From Octopus vulgaris (lineage: Eukaryota): 64,000 bases of DNA. Numbering within the stretch: the stretch's first letter is position 1; each line of letters starts with the position of its first letter. This document shows, one piece after another, positions 39,459 through 53,196 of the stretch. The position numbers were made by a program, and so were the translations under genes. The stretch covers positions 111,848,001-111,912,000 of the forward strand of contig OX597814.1 in the NCBI GenBank assembly GCA_951406725.2, read 5' to 3'. The notes below the pieces were generated by a model. It saw only the letters and a program-made list of their open reading frames with translations. It had not been told where the DNA came from and ran no database searches.

Positions 39459-39490
39459 TGAGAAATGGATAGATGGATATATATATATAT

Positions 39491-39547
<57 letters not shown>

Positions 39548-39647
39548 AAGAGCGCTAGATAACAGACGAACAGACAGACAATTAGATAGAAAGATAGATA
39601 AATAGATAAATAGATAGATAAATAGATAGATTGATAGATAGATAGAC

Positions 39648-39705
<58 letters not shown>

Positions 39706-40309
39706 TTAGCTACATAGGCAGACAGACAGATAGACAGAGAGAAAGGATAGATAGCTAAATAAACAGATAGAAAGGCAGACAAACATAGATAAATGTATGG
39801 ACAAACAGACAAAAGGACAGACAGACAGAGAGGCAGGCAGATAGATACAGCGATTGAGTCTGAGGATTAGAATAGAAAAAGAGAGAATTGGATAAAAAAA
39901 AACCCCAAAAAAACCCCCCAAACAATTGGTAAAATAATGGTGAAATTACTAAAACATCGTTTATGTTTATTTCCTTATTATACACACGTGTACGTGTGTG
40001 TGGATTCGCAAATAAGAATGAACGTGGAAAAGCATCTTTATTGCGTATTTTCTGCATCATACTTGAAAACATGAAGGATGAGGAAGAGGACGGATCTTGT
40101 GGAGTTGATGAGTGAATTTGATAGAAAAACAAAAGGGCACACGTCACAAAAGTAGCTATTTCTTTCAGCCCGGCTCGAACACGCGCCAGTGAATTTAGAG
40201 CTGCATGTGAACGCGTGTGCCGTCTGAATGTATGCGTGTGACTTTGCACTTTGAGTATTTGAGTGAATACCGGCGTATTTTTGTTTGGAAACGTGTAAAT
40301 AAACGTCAT

Positions 40310-40348
<39 letters not shown>

Positions 40349-40515
40349 GTGTGAGTGAGTGGTGGGTTTGGAGCGCGTTTGCATGGCTCATTTTAGAAGC
40401 CATGTTATGTGAGTTTGTTATATACTTTAAGTGACTCTGTATGCCTGTGTAAATCTCTAGTTGTCGGAGCTTGAACATGTACACGTGCGTGCGTAAAAGT
40501 GTGCCTGCGTGTGTT

Positions 40516-40562
<47 letters not shown>

Positions 40563-40966
40563 GCACACACACACACAGATATATATATATATATACATAT
40601 ACACACACATATATATATGCGTCTGTGTGTATGTGTGTGTGGGTGTGTTTTAGTGTAAATGTGTCTTGTCTAACTTCCGTCACTATCATCATTATTATTA
40701 TTATTATTTATTATTATTATTATTATTGTTGTTATTGTTGTTGTTTTCGTTGTTGTTGCTGTTGTTGTAGGTCTTGTGTCTGTAGTTTTGAGAAAATCAG
40801 CTGTAACTCTCTGCTCATCGCAATGTTTACAATATCAACAGACTGGCGTCTGTCCGTTCACGAACCGTTAAGAAGGATTGCGGCTGATTAAAAGTGAAGA
40901 ATATCTTCTTGTTGCTATTGTTGTGTAGCCCAGGCCAGTCCTGACCGGGCAGACCTACGACCATAA

Positions 40967-41138
40967 TAAGTCGATTACGTCAACCCTAGTACTCAACTGG
41001 TACTCATTTTATCGACCTCGTAGGGATGAAAAGCAAAAGTGGAATTCGGCAGAATTTGAACTCAAGACGTAAAGACGGACGAAATGCCACCGCTAAGCAT
41101 TTTGCTCAGTTTGCTAATGGTTCTGCCAGCTCCCTACC
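40967..41138 (-). mobile_element. SINE family A (a second diverged copy on + at about 41400-41545)
   Basis: Family A core and head motifs. Confidence 0.7.
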
Positions 41139-41687
41139 GTGTACCTTGTAAAAATATTGCTTACTTAAAATGAAATTCTCAAATACCCATTGACCTTCTT
41201 TATCCGGTGCACGCGTTTCTGATCCTGTGTTTGTTAGTTACTGGTCGGCACGGACGTCAAAGAAAACACCCGTCAGATTATAACATAGTGTTCAGAATAA
41301 AATATACAATATTAGACTGAATAAACATCATCAACAGCACGAATGGCCCACTCTGGGTCAGTCTGTCTGTTTGTCACTGTCAGTCACGAGTTTCATCTCT
41401 ATATTCTGTGTTCAAATTCCGACTTTGTTTCTCATCCTTTCAGGATCGATAAAATAAATATCAGTTTAGCACAAGGGTCGATGTGAGCGAGTAGCCCACT
41501 CCCCTAAAATTTCAGGCCTTCTGCCTATAATAGAAACAATTATTATTATTGAACTGTTGGAAAAAAAAAACCCCTCCTCTTATCAGGCTACAACAAGTAA
41601 CCTTAGATGCCAAGAATCTTCCTGAATATATCCTAGTTGTCCCTAATAATACTGTTTTCTGGAGTTGCACTAAATAAGGTTTTTTTA

Positions 41688-42800
41688 GGACTAAACATGC
41701 TGTAGCTAATGATGCATTGGCACGCGCTGAGACTGCAACATCTCCAACGCTTTCGTAACGATGAGCAGGTGCGGTCGCCGTTTATCACACAGGATTTTCC
41801 GCAGCTCGTTTCATTGATGGAACTACAGTCCTGGATCAAGTGTAGGCCAAGAAAGTGTGCTTGACACTTGGAGTGTCGGCAAGTACCCACAGCTCTCTGC
41901 CAGTCTGACAACGCAGTTGTGTTCCACTATGGAGTTCTATAGGGGATTGGTAGCGGGAAAGAGCGACGGCGTCCTCGGGAAACTCTTGACATCGGGAGGT
42001 ATCAATTAACTGGTCTTTTCCGGAGGACTTTGCGGCCGGGGCCTATGGATAACTTTCAGCAATCCCTGGCTTGACAATGCTATCGGGGAGCTCTGCCAGT
42101 TCGAGACAAGCTCTACAGAGACGGAAGTGCTGTCAGACTGACCTGTCCAAGATGTGCACAGGGCGACAAAACCGTCCTGCATGCACTCGTCCAATATCCG
42201 TGCATTACTGACTTGCGGAGCTTTGTCAGACAGCTGTTATCACATGTAGAACGGATCCGTTTATCAGCCGAGTCCATCGTGAAGATCACCCCGCCACCTT
42301 CCTTTGGCCGGGAAGGAAAGGCAGTTTACTTCTGTCTGTGGGCTATGGAGAAGGATGTAGTGTGCTGGACGAGAGTGAAAGTGGCTGAAGAGAGATACTT
42401 TCCTCTTCGACCAAGCCCTCATCGACTTTTTCAAGTTCCACTTGAAAAGGAAACTGTGAGTAGAGAGGGTAGTTCAGCCTCCCAGTAAATTTTCTGAAAG
42501 GTGGGTGACGCCCGTGTGAATGGGCCTACTCTGAACTTTCATTTGTAAACCGGAGGAGTTAAGAAGAGAGGCGCTTGCTGAGGTGCACTTGGCGGTCGGA
42601 ATAACCAGGATGTGTAGGGTTCCTCGGTTGTTATCGTGAGGAACCCCACCCTTCTAGGGAATTTTTATTGCTCAATTGTTTTGTTAATTGTTTTTATTGT
42701 TTTATTGTATACACGAAATTGCTCAACACCCAAAGTGTCCCTTGCATTGTATTGTCCCTATTTGTTTTGTGTTCGGACCATGTGGTCAATAAAAAAATCA
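41688..42800 (+). mobile_element. Tx1/L1-like LINE 3' fragment, second family
   Basis: Peptides HALRLQHLQRF, FYRGLV, PMDNFQQSLA, CPRCAQGDKTVLHALVQ and LSAESIVKITPPPSFGREG are homologous to the copy at 46550. It ends in caataaaaaaa followed by (TAT)n. Confidence 0.75.
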
Positions 42801-42824
42801 TTATTATTTATGTTGTTGTTGTTG

Positions 42825-42888
<64 letters not shown>

Positions 42889-43016
42889 CATTATTATCAT
42901 TATTATCATTATTATCATTATTATCATTATTATCATTATTATCATTATTATTATTATTATTATCATTATTATCATTATTATCATTATTATCATTATTATC
43001 ATTATTATCATTATTA

Positions 43017-43086
<70 letters not shown>

Positions 43087-43121
43087 CATTATTATCATTA
43101 TTATCATTATTATCATTATTA

Positions 43122-43167
<46 letters not shown>

Positions 43168-43220
43168 CATTATTATCATTATTATCATTATTATCATTAT
43201 TATCATTATTATCATTATTA

Positions 43221-43278
<58 letters not shown>

Positions 43279-43439
43279 CATTATTATCATTATTATCATT
43301 ATTATCATTATTATCATTATTATCATTATTATCATTATTATCATTATTATTATTATTATCATTATTATTATTATTATCATTATTATCATTATTATCATTA
43401 TTATCATTATTATCATTATTATCATTATTATTATTATTA

Positions 43440-43503
<64 letters not shown>

Positions 43504-43538
43504 CATTATTATCATTATTATCATTATTATCATTATTA

Positions 43539-43575
<37 letters not shown>

Positions 43576-43628
43576 CATTATTATCATTATTATCATTATT
43601 ATCATTATTATCATTATTATTATTATTA

Positions 43629-43680
<52 letters not shown>

Positions 43681-43730
43681 CATTATTATCATTATTATTA
43701 TTATTATCATTATTATCATTATTATCATTA

Positions 43731-43785
<55 letters not shown>
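42800..43785. repeat. ~1-kb (TAT)n tract with recurring TCATTATTA units
   Basis: Seen directly. Confidence 0.97.
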
Positions 43786-44294
43786 GAGTGAGAGAGCAGT
43801 GCATGCCATCAAAGTGACACTGGGGTAAAATATACGAAGCCCAATATACCCATCATGACTACCTGTCTGATAAAGGTACACCAGGCACATGCATCACAAC
43901 CATATGTGCGCGACATGGTGATCTCATATCAAGATAAACAGCACATGACCTTGCAGGTGGGGCCCAGTTAGAATGTTCTTCAGGTTGAGTAGCCCATCCC
44001 GCTCAAAAGGTCCCTGAATAAGGGTTGTTTAAGGATGTTGAAAGAACCACCCATGTTTCCAGAGGTGAATTATTCAAACCCCAAAGAATCCCTCTCAACA
44101 CATGGCTATGATGCTCCCCCACTACTTCTGCTCGTGATCAGTGATGCACATATCGTCAGCCACTAAGGGACATGCTCAACTGGTTAAGGTCAAACAACTG
44201 ACAAGAAAATCTGTGGTATTGAGCAGAATATTTGCTGTAGCCCATCTTTTATACCAAGACAAAACAATGTACATGATAACACTTCCAATCAGTT
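43786..44294. mobile_element. Unclassified ~510-bp non-coding insertion in (TAT)n
   Basis: High-complexity block with sharp (TAT)n boundaries on both sides; no ORF or TIR seen. Confidence 0.5.
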
Positions 44295-44321
44295 TTATTA
44301 TTATAATTATTATCATTATTA

Positions 44322-44444
<123 letters not shown>

Positions 44445-44811
44445 TTAAGACGGTGGGCTGGCAGATCAGTTAGTGCATCGGGCAAAATGCTTTGCAGCAT
44501 TTTCCAGGTTATTTATATTTTGACTTCAAAACTTGCTGAGGTCAACTTTGCCTTTCATTCTTTCGGGATCGATAAAACAAGTACCTGTCAGGTGCTTTGA
44601 GACTTGACTGGTATAAAGGCATAAAGCCAACAATCTCGAGGGGTGGGCCTCAGTCGATACGGAAAATGAAAACTTCGCGAGAAAGCTTACATTTGAAGCT
44701 GAAATTAAATATACGAAAGCATTAAAAAAAGAAGAAAAAGGAACGCTTTCTTTCATACAAGATACTCTACTGAATGAATACTGAGATATAAGGAAAATAA
44801 TAATTACTTTA

Positions 44812-45007
44812 ATGCAGTTCTATATTTAAGAGATGAGGAATTATTTTCATTATTTGCATTATTTACATTTGACAGATATTTGTCCTCATCTTGTTTGTTG
44901 TTAACACAACGTTTCGGCTGATATACCCTCCAGCCTTCATCAGGTGTCTTGGGGAAATTTCGAACCAGGGTATACTAAGGTATTTTTCGATGTTGTTGTT
45001 GTTGTTG

Positions 45008-45046
<39 letters not shown>

Positions 45047-45117
45047 TCACTGCCTGGAATCGAACTCGGAATCTTGGGGTTAGTAGCCCGCGCTTTTAAC
45101 CACTACACCATATGCCC
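44812..45117 (-). mobile_element. tRNA-headed, HHR-tailed SINE-like unit (left arm of a palindromic dimer)
   Basis: Minus strand: GGGCATA TGGTGTAGTGGT (A box)...GAGTTCGATTCC (B box), then (AAT)n(AAC)n, a body, the HHR and an AT-rich tail. Confidence 0.75.
44903..44948 (-). ncRNA. Minimal type I hammerhead ribozyme motif, intact core
   Basis: GACAC CUGAUGA A GGCUG-loop-CAGCC GAAAC GUU | GUGUU. A palindromic AACGUU replaces stem III, as in minimal PLE HHRs. Confidence 0.78.
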
Positions 45118-45123
45118 GTGAGC

Positions 45124-45197
<74 letters not shown>

Positions 45198-45203
45198 TTA
45201 ATA

Positions 45204-45263
<60 letters not shown>

Positions 45264-46052
45264 TCCCAGCAATGGTTGAGAAGCTCAGGACTCAAAGCAG
45301 AGACAGATGGATTTTAATTGCAGCACAAGACCAAAGCCTCCCCACCAGAAATTACCAAAAACATGTAATGAAAAGAAATATAACAAGTAACTGCAGAATA
45401 TGTGGAGATGGACAAGAAACAATAAATCATATTATCTCTGGCTGCCCAGTCCTGGCTAAGAAGGAATATATTCACAGACACGATAGAGTTGGGACCTACA
45501 TACACTGGAAGCTATGCCAACATTAGGAAGGAAAACAACAGAAAAAAGATGGTATAGGCACACACCAGAAAAGGTCACAGAAAACGAGAAAGCAACCATA
45601 CTCTGGGACATGCCAATACACACAGATAGAGAAATTAAAGCCAACAGACCAGATATAGTTGTCAGAGATCTTGAAGAAAAAAAAATGCTTTCTAATTGAT
45701 GTATCAATACCGGTAGATGACAACGTGTCTCTAAAAGAAATGGAGAAACTTTCAAAATACAAAGACCTGGAAATAGAAGTAACTAGAATGTGGAATCTAA
45801 AAACAGAAACAATTCCTAACATAATAGACGCATTAAGTATGATAAAAAAATATTCAGACAAATACATAACAAAAACACCAGGACTTACAAACACATATAA
45901 CATACAGAAAATTGCACTACTAGGCACTGCACACATCCTACGCAGAACACAGTAACCATCAGAGCATCACAGCAAACCACAGCACATACCCAAGGCACAC
46001 AGAGCTGCGCTCGGTAGTGAAGTGAAAGCACGCTATAAAAATAAAGCTACTG
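45264..46052 (+). mobile_element. Dong/R4-type RLE LINE 3' fragment inserted in (AAT)n
   Basis: Peptides IAAQDQSL, CCHC finger CRICGDGQETINHIISGC, RHD, RPDIV, LIDVSIP, KLSKYKDL; (AAT)n on both sides. Confidence 0.9.
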
Positions 46053-46056
46053 AATG

Positions 46057-46092
<36 letters not shown>

Positions 46093-46095
46093 TCA

Positions 46096-46135
<40 letters not shown>

Positions 46136-46151
46136 TAGTAATAATAATAAC

Positions 46152-46240
<89 letters not shown>

Positions 46241-46258
46241 CAACAACAACAACAACAA

Positions 46259-46405
46259 CATCGAAAAATAACTTAGGAATGAGAACCCAGGTTCGAAATT
46301 TCCCCAAGACGCTTGATGAAGGCTGGAGGGTATATCAGCTGAAATGTGTTAACAACAAACAAGATGAGGACAAATATCCGTCAAATTTAAATAATATAAA
46401 TAATT
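46259..46405 (+). mobile_element. Right arm of the HHR-tailed unit, with a mutated HHR (46308-46350)
   Basis: Reverse complement of about 44840-44992. The core reads UUGAUGA...GAAAU GUGUU (C3U, and CGU deleted). Confidence 0.8.
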
Positions 46406-46426
46406 ACTTTACTTGTGATAATGGTA

Positions 46427-46471
<45 letters not shown>

Positions 46472-46549
46472 CACACATACACACAGTCATCACTGTTCAC
46501 CTGATAAAGGACTTGTCTTGTCTGAAATTTCTTCAACGCAATCATTTTC

Positions 46550-47526
46550 AAGCGACTTCAGTACAACCAAAGTATTCTATAGGGGATTAGTGGAGGGGAG
46601 GTACGACGACAATCTCGGGGTGAACCTGGGCATCGACAAGGAATTCCTGACCCGCCTGTTCAAGACGACTTTCGGGCTGCAACCTATGGACAACTTCCAG
46701 AGATCCCTGGCCTGGCAATTCTATCGAGAAGCGCTACCCGTTCGGTATAAGCTCTACAGGCATGGCTTGAGAAACACGGGGCCGACCTGTCCGAGATGGG
46801 GTCAGAGCGACGAAACCATTGTGCACACACTCGTACAGTGTCCAATCATTTCCGACTTGTGTGCCTACTGTATGTCGAACGACTGCTATCGCGTGTGGGA
46901 CGAGTCAGTTTATCAACCGAGTCTATTGTGAATATTGTCGCGCCTCCTTCCTTGAAACGGGAAGGAAGAGCCATGTTCATCGTACTTGTGGCTATGGCGA
47001 AAGAATGTGTATGGTGGACGCGTCTGAAAGGTCTAGAGACAAACACTTTGCTCTCTGATGGATCTCTCATCAACTTCTTCAAGTATCACTTGAAGAGGAA
47101 GGTGAGAGCAGAGAGGGAAGTTTTGTCTAGCGAATGTTTAAAAAAGATGGGTGAATGTAGCAAGGATGGCACGTGTGATTGACGAAGCCACCTTGAGCAT
47201 AATCCAGTGAACCAAAACAAAAAAGAAAGGAAAAAAGAGTCACGTACTGTAATGCGTTTTTTTTGCATGACATTATTGCCCAAGGTTACCGTGACCTTTT
47301 CCGTATGCTTTTCTTTCTACGGATAAACCTAATCTGTTTCCCCTTTTTACATTATGACATTTCTGTGATACATGATCCCTATTGATCAGCTTTTTTTTTA
47401 ACGATCCCTTTTGATCGAATTTCTATCACCACTTTTCTTTTTTTTCCGTTCTCTTCTCAAAAAGAAAAGCTCTACTTTGTATTTTGTCCCCTTTGTGTTC
47501 AGCCCTGTGTGGCCAATAAAGAAACA
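46550..47526 (+). mobile_element. Tx1/L1-like LINE 3' fragment
   Basis: zf-RVT-like region FQRSLAWQFYREALPVR...CPRWGQSDETIVHTLVQC, then WWTRLKGL; ends aataaagaaaca plus a short ctat-like tail. Confidence 0.8.
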
Positions 47527-47722
47527 TCTCTATCTGTCTATCTAGCTATAAAATATGTGTATAATATTTGGGACTAATGGGTATACGTTGATTAGTGTGT
47601 TGAGGTATTTAGTAGAGCACTGGCATAGTTTCTGTTGCCTGGTGTCATCCGCAGTCGTGGTATATTTCCGTTGGATCTACTTCAGGAACTCCGCAGTGGC
47701 AGTTGAGATAATACTAATAACA

Positions 47723-47775
<53 letters not shown>

Positions 47776-47833
47776 TAATAATAATAATAATGACAACAAC
47801 AACGACAACAGCAACAACAACAACAACAACAAC

Positions 47834-47944
<111 letters not shown>

Positions 47945-47949
47945 AAGAA

Positions 47950-50900
47950 AGGGAAAAAACGTTCGGAGATAAAACTATCAACAAAAAAATACAGACGAAT
48001 ACATATCTACTAGCCTTAAGAAGCTGCGCTACGAGCAATGCTTACGTGTAGAGAACCCTAAACTGACAGATCCATCTCCTAATGTAAGAGTGGAAGCTCG
48101 TCATGCTTCAATGTCAACAAACCAAACTACAAACCGCATTGGTCGTCGCGCGGATTACAAAAGACCACGTACCCGAAAATTGAACCAAATTCTGATTGAA
48201 AAATCAGCTACTGGATCAAATCTTCCCAACACACAGGAGCTGGACGTACCCCACAACCGGAATATTCCAACAGATTGCCATCCATGCTCGTTACCAAATA
48301 ATCAAAAGAAAAAGAAGGAAAAATGGTCTAGGGAAGATAATAAAGAAGTTCTGGCGGCCTTCTACCATGCCATATATTTCCCCACAGATAAATCTAATAC
48401 TGTACAAACCTACTTAAACTGGAGACAGAAACACCCTGAAGTAAGACCCTACATAGACAGTAACAAACTTGCCAACGTCAGAAGAAACATTATGAAAAAA
48501 AAAATTACTGACTGAAGTAGAGATTGATCAAGTTAGACAAGCAGTATCGGATAAAATGAACGAAGCTGCAGCTAGAGAAGATAATACAGAGGAAATAATT
48601 ATAGACCAGCCCAGGGCTGATAAAAACGAAGTAAGGATTGAAAGAGTTAGTATAAGTGATAGGCTAAGTGAAATACTCTCTGAACCAATCATAAACATTA
48701 AGACAGATGAACATCAAATAGATAAAGAAAGTCAAACAAATATTGACCTAACAGAAAATCAAATCATGATTGAATGGCTGAAAATTAAAGAAACCAGCAT
48801 GGATGAACGCGATACACTCCCTAAAATCCGCAACTCTAACCAAAACATGAAAATAATTGGTAAAATCCGGCTTGCACTTAAGGATATAATTTCAGCTAAT
48901 GATGTTGATATCACAAATGTCAACCACCTATACTATGCATCCGCGAAAATCTCAACGATCCTATGCGGTGTAAAGATTAGAAAACGGCAACATTCCCACA
49001 AAAAGCCTTCTTGGCAAGAGCGTTTGCAACAACAAATTAAACTATTTAGATCTGACACTGAATATTTGAAAAACCTTAAGGTTCCCAAGACTACCAAACC
49101 TACAAAAACCCCAAAATTAATGAAAAAATACAATATGAAAACTATACTTGATATTGATGCCACCATAGAAACCATCAAACAAAAGGTATCTGCCAAAGCT
49201 GCCCGCATAGCGAGGTATGAAAAGCGTGTTAGATCTTTCAAGGACAACAACATGTTCAAAAATAACCCCAAGAATTTTTACAGGAAGATAGGAAAAACAG
49301 CAGTTACTGTAAGGGCTGTACCATCAAAAGAAGAAGTGCAGGGATTTTGGAATAAAATTTGGGCAGAAGAAAAAACACACAACGAAAAGGCCCCCTGGAT
49401 TGACAGAATATCTACAGAACTGGACTCTTTAGAAGAGCAAAAGTGGGAGGATGTCAAGGTAGACGATATAAGATCTGCTCTCAGGAGGTCAAGCAAATGG
49501 AAGTCTCCAGGAAAGGATAAAATTCCTAACTTCTGGCTGAATGCCTTCCCAGAGAGCCATGAACTGCTAACAGAACTGTACAATGATGTTTTGCAACATC
49601 CCTAGTAGGATGCCTCCTTGGCTAGTTAATGGGTTAACATTCCTGCTTCCAAAAAGTGAAGAAACAAATGAACCAAAAAACTATAGACCCATAACCTGCT
49701 TAACAACTACGTATAAAACGCTAACATCTGTCCTGAGGAATATACTTATATACGGAATATACTTATAGTTTTTTAACAGACAGCAGCATATTCCCTAATG
49801 AACAGAAAGAATGTAAACGTGGATCCTACGGCTGTAAAGATCAACTACTCATCAATAAGATGATCTTAGAAGATTGTCACAAACGACACAAAAACTTATC
49901 AATAGCCTGGATAGACTATAAAAAGGTTTTTGATAGCCTACCACATAGCTAGATTAGGAAATGCCTGGAAATGTATAAGATACCACCTACTCTGCGAAAC
50001 TTTTTGACTGTAAGTATGAGATCATGGAGAACCACACTAACTCTGAACAGTAACAATGACTCCCTAAATGCTGGTGATGTAAAAATTTCATGTGACATTT
50101 TCCAGGGTGACTCACTGTCACCACTCTTTTGTTTAGCCTTAATTCCTCTCTCAAAACTGCTCAACGACGCACAGTACGGGTATAAAATGTTTGATAAAAA
50201 TATGAATCATCTCATTTACATGGATGATTTAAAGCTTTTTGCAAAAAATGACCAACAACTCAAGGGCTTACTAGCGAGAATGCAATTTGGCCTCGATAAA
50301 TGTGCAAAAGCTACCTTTATCAAAGGAAAAATGACAGAAACATCTAACGCTAACCTTGACCAGCAGAATGTCATAAAAGAACTAGACCTAGCGGAGAGCT
50401 ACAAGTACCTAGGGGTAATTGAAGGGGACGGAATAAGGCATTCAGAGATGAAGGAAAGGATCAGGAGAGAATGTTATCGAAGAGTGAGAGCAATACTCAA
50501 GACGGAGCTGAATGGAAGAAACAGGATCGAATCGATCAATGCATTAGCCATACCAGTCGTGACTTACAGTTTCAATATCGTTAACTGGTCAATTACTGAA
50601 ATATGTCAGCTTGACAGAAAGATACGAAAACTGTTGACAATGCATAGAATACACCACCCTAAGGCAGATACAGAACGACTTTATCTGCCAAGAAAAGAGG
50701 GAGGCCGTGGTCTTTTGCAACTGGCAATAACAATGAAGATTGCTACAATTGGCCTAGACACCTACCTGAAAAAATCTGAGGTCTGGATGTTAAAACTTGT
50801 CTCAAAACATGAAAACAAGAAAGCATCATACTCAGTAACAAAACAGGCAAAGGAATATCTAAGTGAATTCCGAATACAACAAATTTCGGAATTAGAGATA

Positions 50901-51946
50901 GACATACAAGAAACAAGCACAGAAAAAGCTAAGCGCATGAAAACCCGTGCCAAAACTGCGGCCTTAGATATTCTGAATAATAAATGGCAAGAAAAACCTC
51001 TCTATGGCAAATACCCAAAGAGAGTGAATAATGCAGATATTGACAAAGCCCTGACCTATCAATGGCTAATGGCCTCTGGTTTAAAATCTGAAACAGAAGG
51101 GTTTATCATAGCAGCTCAAGATCAATGCCTACCAACAAGAAACTACCAGGCCAACATATTAAAGAACGGCAGTAGCCCAACATGTCGTGTATGTCGACAA
51201 CAAAATGAAACCATTGATCATGTTGTCTCCAAATGCAGTCTTCTAGCGCCTACAGAGTACCTCAACAGGCATGATAGAGCTGCACAATATATTCACTGGG
51301 TAATTTGCAAAAACCTGGATTTGCCCCATGAAAAAAACTGGTGAGAACACAATCCACCTCCAGTGCTTGAAAATGACCACATCTCACTCCTCTGGAACTT
51401 CACCATTCAAACTGACAGAAAGATAGATGCAAATAGGCCAGACATCATATTGAAAGACTTCAGACAAAGAACATGCCTCCTCATTGATATGACTGTCCCA
51501 ATCAATATAAACGTATCTGTCAAGACCTACCAAAAACTGAGCAAATATAAAGATCTTGAAATAGAAATCAGCAAAATGTGGAACCTGAAGACTAAAACAA
51601 TACCTGTTGTCATAGGTGCCCTGGGAATGATAGCGAAAGGGGCTGATTGCTACTTAACTTAGATACCAGGAAACCCCAAAACGGCAGAAATTCAAAAGAT
51701 AGTGCTCATGGGAACTGCTCATATCCTACGCAAAATACTCTCTATGTAATCCCAAGGTTTAAAACAACGTTTTTTTTAAAAATTTATTTATTAGACATTC
51801 ACTAGTACAACACCAAAAAAAAAAAAAAATATATATATGGCACACTAGGCAAACAATAACGTGAATATCCAACCTGTTGTCTCTTGAGGTCTCTGGGTGA
51901 GACTTGGGGCCAATTTGTACAAACATAAAGCAAAAGTCAAACATAG
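47950..51946 (+). mobile_element. Near full-length Dong/R4-clade LINE (RT + restriction-like endonuclease)
   Basis: Single degraded ORF; preceded by (AAT)n(AAG)n and followed by (AAT)n. Confidence 0.93.
48103..51749 (+). pseudogene. Dong/R4 polyprotein with several stops and frameshifts
   Basis: RT motifs: [54 protein letters not shown] finger CRVCRQQNETIDHVVSKC. RLE motifs: RHD, RPDII...LID...KLSKY. Confidence 0.92.
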
Positions 51947-52082
51947 AATAATAATAATAATAATAATAATAATTTTATAAGTAACTAGAAGATGAATTTG
52001 GTATTAATCTTTATTTTGTACCTTTGTCCGAAATAAAGATAAATAACAAATCCATCTTCTGATTACTTATGTCGTCGTCGTT

Positions 52083-52131
<49 letters not shown>

Positions 52132-52644
52132 CCGTCGCCGTCGTCGTCGTTATTATTATTATATAACAGTGCAAACACGCTATCTTTAAGATAGCAATGT
52201 CTTGCATTGATTTTTTTTATCATTGTATCATATATTCCTTTGGTGCATATATGCATATGTATGCATATGCCGTGCATGTAGGAAGTACGCTGACATTCCT
52301 TTTGATTCCTCCAATTCGGTAATATTATCCCTGAACAAAGCGGTGAGATGGCATATACCGTCGGGGTCGGCTTTGCCTTTCATCCCTTCGAGATGGATAA
52401 ATTAAATACCAATGAAACGCTGGGGTCGATGTAAATCGACTTGCCGCTCTCCCGTAATTGCTGGCCTTGTGCCAAAAATTCGACCTCATATTAACTCTGA
52501 ATTATTTCCGCTCACTGGCGGGGAAGAAAGAGCGACGAGACTGGCAGTGTAGAACAAGAAAATGAGTAAAGACGTGGTAGTAAAATTCACTTGATATATT
52601 ATGTCCACGGGAGCAGCAAAGTTGGGTGGAGAAATAACAGTAGT

Positions 52645-53196
52645 AGAGACATTGACGAATATTCTGGAAGACCCACAACCAGCAGAACTGAGAAAAACAT
52701 CGCAGGTATGCATGCAGCTGTGACGGAAAATCGTGAGTTATTAGAGGATATGCAGATTAGTTACGGTTCAGTTTAGTCCATTATTACTGAAGATTTGAGT
52801 ATGAAACGTATGTCTGCCAAGTTTGTGCCCAAATTGATTTCAGTTGACCAAAAAGACACTCGGGTTTCAGTTGCACAAAATCTCTCTGATTGTGTTGAGA
52901 ACGATGAAAACTTTTTGAAAACTTTGCTTGGGCCTCTGAACAGGTATCGCCAAGATTTTGGCAAAATTTGATGCAGATTCTCAGCTCAACCTTCTCTGTC
53001 AATGTGAATGCGACGATCATAGGCTACACACCTTCCTTTCAAACACTGCTGTAAACAGCAGAAGTGAGCAAGAACTATAAAACTTAGTGCACATGCACAG
53101 CAGAGTCCAATGTCAATCTGTGTTAGGCGGCTTTACTCTGTGTGCCTTACCTTCGTTACTATGGCAACAGTCCAGATACTTATTGATCAGACCACG
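52645..53196. mobile_element. Rearranged mariner remnant (inverted 5' end joined to a + strand internal piece)
   Basis: Plus strand 52645-52926 encodes DEYSGRPTTSRT and MKRMSAKFVPKL. Minus strand 52927-53196 has a TIR-like cgtggtctgatcaataagtatctggactg and encodes ELRICIKFCQNLG. Confidence 0.8.

Noticed and set aside
39755-40484. Minus-strand ORFs (209 aa and 148 aa) as host exons
   Set aside because: They span microsatellites and show no recognisable domain or convincing splice sites.
45050-45117. Genuine tRNA genes here and at 26304 and 37046
   Set aside because: A and B boxes are present but the acceptor stems do not pair, and each continues into a repeat body; these are SINE heads.
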